Assembly (NCBI GenBank): GCA_963769935.1
Contig: CAVYNY010000020.1
Span: forward strand, 32,001-96,000
DNA length: 64,000 nucleotides
DNA from: an uncultured delta proteobacterium
GTDB taxonomy: Bacteria; Desulfobacterota; Desulfobacteria; Desulfobacterales; JAFDCJ01
Direction: 5' to 3'
This document shows, one piece after another, positions 59,680-64,000 of this stretch; position 1 is the first letter of the stretch; every line of letters begins with the position of its first letter. The notes under the pieces were generated by a model. That model did not search any database. It was not told the origin of the DNA and worked only from the letters and a program-made list of their open reading frames with translations. The position numbers were made by a program, and so were the translations under genes.

Positions 59680-60558
59680 TTGCCAAAAGATTTTTTGAAT
59701 AAACTCAAGCAGAAGACCCTCATCCTTGATGGAGCCATGGGAACCATGCTGATGGAAGCCGGTCAGGCTTCCGTCAGGAGTCCGATACTGCTCAATGCCG
59801 AGCAGCCGGATCTGGTAGCCGATATTCACAGGCGCTACTATGCGGCAGGTGCAGATGTTGTCATCGCTAATACTTTCGGCGGCAATCCCTTGAAGCTGGC
59901 CGCCGACGGACTTGAGCAACAAATGGAACTGCTGAACCGGCAGGGCGTTTTACTGGCCTGCCGAGCCCGTCCCGATGGTAAGTTTGTCGCCGGTGATATC
60001 GGGCCGTGCGGGAAAATGCTCACGCCGCTTGGCGATATCTCACCGGAAGCCATGGAAAACAATTTTTTTCTACAGACCAGGGTGCTGATTGACAGCGGGG
60101 TCGATCTGATCACTATCGAAACCATGTATTCGCTTGAAGAGGCGCTGCTGGCGGTTAATGGCGTAAGACGGGCCGGCGATATTCCGCTGCTGGCTTCCAT
60201 GACGTTTACGCAAACCAAAAATGGTTTTTTTACCATGATGGGAGAAAGTGTAAACCAGTGCACCGCCTCCCTGGAAAAAGCCGGCGCGGATATGATCGGA
60301 GCAAACTGTACGCTTAACAGCAGGGACATGGTCGGCTTGACCGAAGAACTCCGCGCGGCTACCCGCAAGCCGATATTAATCCAGCCCAATGCCGGCAAAC
60401 CGGTTACGCGCAAGGGAGTCACTTACTATGAGCAGTCACCGTCCGATTTTGCGGCGGATGCTGTGAAGATCAAAGCGGCCGGGGCGGATATGATCGGCGG
60501 ATGCTGCGGCACGACGCCTGGGTTCATTCAGGCTTTAATAGGGAAGTTAGCTGATTAA
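59680..60558 (+). CDS. Homocysteine S-methyltransferase domain (split MetH type)
   Basis: LDGAMGT, NTFG, GANC, PNAG, GGCCGTTP. Confidence 0.92.
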   Translation: MPKDFLNKLKQKTLILDGAMGTMLMEAGQASVRSPILLNAEQPDLVADIHRRYYAAGADVVIANTFGGNPLKLAADGLEQQMELLNRQGVLLACRARPDGKFVAGDIGPCGKMLTPLGDISPEAMENNFFLQTRVLIDSGVDLITIETMYSLEEALLAVNGVRRAGDIPLLASMTFTQTKNGFFTMMGESVNQCTASLEKAGADMIGANCTLNSRDMVGLTEELRAATRKPILIQPNAGKPVTRKGVTYYEQSPSDFAADAVKIKAAGADMIGGCCGTTPGFIQALIGKLAD

Positions 60559-60605
60559 CCTCCTAATCCATCAACCATTCAACGAAACCGAAAGGAGATT
60601 TGGCT

Positions 60606-61601
60606 ATGAAAAGAGTGATGATGGTTTTAGCTTTACTTTTGTCGTTCGGGCTTGTCTTTGGCAGCGGGCTCTCAGCCAAAATGATTCGCATCGGCGAACA
60701 CCAGATCGTCTCCCATCCGGCCCTGGACAACGATTCCAAGGGCTTTAAGGTGGCCCTGGAAGAAGAAGGATTCATTGAAGGCAAAAATATCGAAATTGAG
60801 CGCCTGAATGCCCAGGGCGATCAGGCCAACTGCGCGATTATCGCCCGCAAATTCGTAGATGATCAGGTGGACCTGATCCACGCGATCAGCACACCCAACG
60901 CTCAGGCGACGGTCAAACTCACCAAGACAATACCGATCGTCTTTTCATCGGTGACGGACCCGGTCGCAACCGGGATCATACCCAAAATGGGAGAAACCGG
61001 GACCAATGTCACCGGTGTGAGCGACCGCTGGCCGATTGCGCTGCAATGCAAGATGTACCAGGACCTGGTGCCCACCGCCAAAAGATGGGGTACCATCTAC
61101 AACCCCGGTGACGTCAATGTCACCTTTCACATCAAGCTGATGAAAGAGGCTGTTGAAGCTCTGGGCGGACAGCTCATCGAAGCCCATATCTCAAACAGCT
61201 CCGAAGTAATGCAGGCCGCTCAGAGCCTGGTCGGCCGGGTGGATGCCATTCATATTACTTCCGACAACAACGTGGTTTCGGCCTTCGAAGCCCTCGTCAA
61301 AGTCTGCGATGAAAACAAGATCCCCCTGTTTGCGGGCGACCGCGACAGTGTGCCGCGCGGGGCCATAGCCGCCTATGGCCTGGACTATTTCATGGTCGGT
61401 TACACCGCCGGCAAAAAAGCAGCTCTGATTTTAAAAGGTGCCGATCCCGGTAAAGTCCCCGCGGGCCTGGCATCCGGCTACAGTCTGTGGGTCAATTTGA
61501 AAGCCGCCGATGCACAGGGCGTCCACCTGCCCTTAACGTTGGTGGAAAAAGCGGCCGACAAACTCTGGGATCAGGACGGCAATGTAGTCAAGGGCAGATA
61601 A
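60606..61601 (+). CDS. ABC substrate-binding protein (putative aromatic amino acid type)
   Basis: QIVSHPALD, NAQGD, PIVFSSVTDP, NVTGVSD. Confidence 0.9.
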   Translation: MKRVMMVLALLLSFGLVFGSGLSAKMIRIGEHQIVSHPALDNDSKGFKVALEEEGFIEGKNIEIERLNAQGDQANCAIIARKFVDDQVDLIHAISTPNAQATVKLTKTIPIVFSSVTDPVATGIIPKMGETGTNVTGVSDRWPIALQCKMYQDLVPTAKRWGTIYNPGDVNVTFHIKLMKEAVEALGGQLIEAHISNSSEVMQAAQSLVGRVDAIHITSDNNVVSAFEALVKVCDENKIPLFAGDRDSVPRGAIAAYGLDYFMVGYTAGKKAALILKGADPGKVPAGLASGYSLWVNLKAADAQGVHLPLTLVEKAADKLWDQDGNVVKGR

Positions 61602-61671
61602 GCCTGATGTCGAAAAGATCGGGGCAGGGGGCGGATAAATTCCCCTTCCCCGACCAATTTAGGTGATTCTA

Positions 61672-62574
61672 ATGATGCTGTATGGACTTTGGCGAACCAT
61701 TCCCGTCTCCCTGGAGCAGGGCTTGGCCTATGCCCTGGTGGCGGTGGGAATTGTTATCAGTTTCCGCATCCTGGCGTTTCCCGATCTGACCGTTGACGGC
61801 AGTTTTGCCCTGGGCGGTGCCGTGCTGGCTCGCCTGATTTCCGATGGCGTCCCGCCCATATACGGCATCCTGCTGGCGGTGCTGTGCGGGTTTCTGGCCG
61901 GATGCTGCACGGGGTATTTGAATACGCGCTTGAAGATCAACAGCCTGCTGGCCGGCATTTTAGTGATGACCATCCTGTATTCGGTCAACCTGCGGATCAT
62001 GGGACGATCCAATATCCAGCTGTTGACAGTGGATACGATTCTGACGCCCCTGGAGAACATGCACGTCAGCCGCTTTATTCCTATTATTGCGTTTTTTTTC
62101 CTGGTAACGTTCGTTATCAAGTTTTTAACGGATATGTTTTTTCGCACCCAGATAGGATTTGCGATGCGGGCGACCGGCGACAACGAGCAGATGATTCGAA
62201 CCCTGGGGGTCAACACCGATCGCATGACCGTCTTGGGACTCGGCATTTCCAACGCTTTCGTGGCGCTGTCCGGGGCTCTGGTTGCCCAGGATCAGGGGTT
62301 TTCCGATATCGGGATGGGCATCGGCATGATCGTCGCCGGCCTGGCGGCCATTATTATCGGCGAAACCCTTGTCGGCAAACGCTCGGTGCCGCAGATGACC
62401 CTGGCTGCGATCGTCGGGTCAATCATCTACAAGTTCATTATCTCCCTCGGACTCAGACTGGGTCTGGCACCTACCGATTTGAAACTGGCCACCGGGATAA
62501 TGGTCATTTTGGCGCTCGGATTCCCGGCCCTCAAAAAGAAGAAAGAAGGCAAACTGCATTTGCGGGGCGTATAA
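61672..62574 (+). CDS. ABC permease
   Basis: FRIL.FPDLTVDGSF, RATGDN, GLAAIIIGE. Confidence 0.92.
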   Translation: MMLYGLWRTIPVSLEQGLAYALVAVGIVISFRILAFPDLTVDGSFALGGAVLARLISDGVPPIYGILLAVLCGFLAGCCTGYLNTRLKINSLLAGILVMTILYSVNLRIMGRSNIQLLTVDTILTPLENMHVSRFIPIIAFFFLVTFVIKFLTDMFFRTQIGFAMRATGDNEQMIRTLGVNTDRMTVLGLGISNAFVALSGALVAQDQGFSDIGMGIGMIVAGLAAIIIGETLVGKRSVPQMTLAAIVGSIIYKFIISLGLRLGLAPTDLKLATGIMVILALGFPALKKKKEGKLHLRGV

Positions 62575-62581
62575 AATCAGC

Positions 62582-62670
62582 GTATTGGAGTACTGGAGCG
62601 TTGGAGTAATGGCTATAAGGTTGGATGTCTTTTTTTCAACACTCCAATACTCCATCACTCCAGTACTCCA
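62582..62670. repeat. Inverted 8-bp array pair (TGGAGTAY / ATACTCCA)
   Basis: gtattgga gtactgga gcgttgga gtaatgg, then acactcca atactcca tcactcca gtactcca. Confidence 0.85.
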
Positions 62671-62729
62671 AGGCCGACATTTTCCTGGTTTTTCTAAATA
62701 CCATTAAGGCGGACTTTGCGGGTTAACAT

Positions 62730-63509
62730 ATGATTAAGCTGGAGGGCATCCGAAAAACGTTCAAAGCCGGGACAATCGATGAAAAGATCGCCATCAATGG
62801 GATTGATCTGCACATTGCCGATGGAGACTTTGTTACCGTCATCGGAAGCAACGGCGCGGGCAAGAGCACCCTGCTCAACTTAATCTCCGGAACTGTCGAA
62901 CCGGATGCCGGTGAAATTTATGTGGCCGGCCACCAGGTAACCCGGCTCCCCGAACACAAGCGCGCCAAATACCTCGGCCGAATCTTTCAGGATCCCCTGC
63001 TGGGAACGGCCGCCGCCATGACCATCGAGGAAAATCTGGCCATGGCTGAACTGCGCGGCCGGCCCCGGGGCCTGCGCTGGGGGGTGGTCAAAGCGCGGCG
63101 GGATTTCTACCGGCAGCGGCTAAAAATGCTCGATCTTGGCCTCGAAACCCGTCTCAAGGAATCGGTCAGTCTCCTATCCGGCGGCCAGCGTCAATCATTG
63201 ACGCTTCTGATGGCCACCCTCTCACTGCCCAAACTGCTGCTTCTGGATGAGCACACCGCCGCCCTGGACCCGAAGACGGCCCAGCGGGTCATGGAGCTTA
63301 CCGATCGGATCATCAGCGAAAACAATTTGACCACCATTATGGTTACCCACAACATGAACCAGGCGATCCGCTTCGGCAACAGCATGATTATGCTGCATGA
63401 GGGCAAAGTCATCTATAAGGTCGAGGGCGCTGCCAAAAAGGCGCTTACCGTCGAGGAGGTTGTCCGAAAATTCGGCGCCGATCTCAAAGACGAAGCTTTG
63501 CTTGGTTGA
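62730..63509 (+). CDS. ABC ATPase
   Basis: GSNGAGKST, FQDP, LSGGQRQ, LDEHTAALDP. Confidence 0.93.
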   Translation: MIKLEGIRKTFKAGTIDEKIAINGIDLHIADGDFVTVIGSNGAGKSTLLNLISGTVEPDAGEIYVAGHQVTRLPEHKRAKYLGRIFQDPLLGTAAAMTIEENLAMAELRGRPRGLRWGVVKARRDFYRQRLKMLDLGLETRLKESVSLLSGGQRQSLTLLMATLSLPKLLLLDEHTAALDPKTAQRVMELTDRIISENNLTTIMVTHNMNQAIRFGNSMIMLHEGKVIYKVEGAAKKALTVEEVVRKFGADLKDEALLG

Positions 63510-63539
63510 GTTTTACGGAGCAAGCTTATAATTCATCTA

Positions 63540-63956
63540 ATGGTAATTTGCATGATTCGTCCAACGATTGTTGCGGCATTAATATTCGGTCTGGCGGCCG
63601 GCTGCAGTTTTCTGCAGATCCGGGATCCCATGCAAGATTTTGAGGACGTCAACCGGGCCTATGCCCGGGCCATCACCTGGTCGGAGTATGGTGTCGCAGC
63701 CACATTTCTCAAAACCGAGGATCAAAACAAGGTGGCCGCAGACATTGAGCATCTGAACCAATTTCGGGTGACCGCCTATGAACCACGCCTATTGACGGTC
63801 CTGGAAAAGGATGTCCGCATTCGTCAGATCGTGAAAATATCTTATTTCAGAAAAGATGCTCTGGTGGTCAAAAGTGCTTCGGATGATCAGCTTTGGGAAT
63901 ATGACCCGGAAAAACGCAGCTGGCTTCTTGCCACGGGCTTTCCCAAGCTTAATTAA
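63540..63956 (+). CDS. Hypothetical lipoprotein
   Basis: LAAGC lipobox. Confidence 0.7.
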   Translation: MVICMIRPTIVAALIFGLAAGCSFLQIRDPMQDFEDVNRAYARAITWSEYGVAATFLKTEDQNKVAADIEHLNQFRVTAYEPRLLTVLEKDVRIRQIVKISYFRKDALVVKSASDDQLWEYDPEKRSWLLATGFPKLN

Positions 63957-64000
63957 TCCGCGCTCAAAAAAGCGCTTTCAGGGATGTACCTTATTCTTTG

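Overview
Chromosomal window from an anaerobic Gram-negative bacterium; the gene content (nfnAB, mglA, RACo-like ASKHA protein, cydAB, core methionine synthase) suggests Desulfobacterota, which is an inference. I found no rRNA, tRNA, CRISPR array or transposase. Main blocks, in order: stress/repair genes; a Liv-type ABC + URO-D-fold + FGGY kinase + AroK-like operon of unknown substrate; an orphan mglA; a full reductive pyrimidine pathway with beta-alanine disposal genes; housekeeping genes (ssb, tatA, tatD, lnt, frameshifted prfB); nfnAB; Rrf2-cydAB; a corrinoid protein + homocysteine methyltransferase + ABC operon. Most notable: (1) an OsmC-family selenoprotein missed by the ORF track, with an in-frame UGA at the catalytic Cys position and a SECIS-like hairpin; (2) many intergenic repeats, including more than ten unrelated 7-9 bp inverted tandem arrays, a 156-bp palindromic MITE, other dispersed elements and a REP doublet; (3) MglA with Leu at catalytic Arg53, behind a consensus sigma70 promoter; (4) two genes collapsed by in-frame internal deletion; (5) a complete sigma54/IHF/enhancer layout on a small secreted protein. 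About a dozen clustered small indels (liv, mmsA, lnt, DUF1786) look like sequencing errors. Family calls come from motif recognition; no database search was run.
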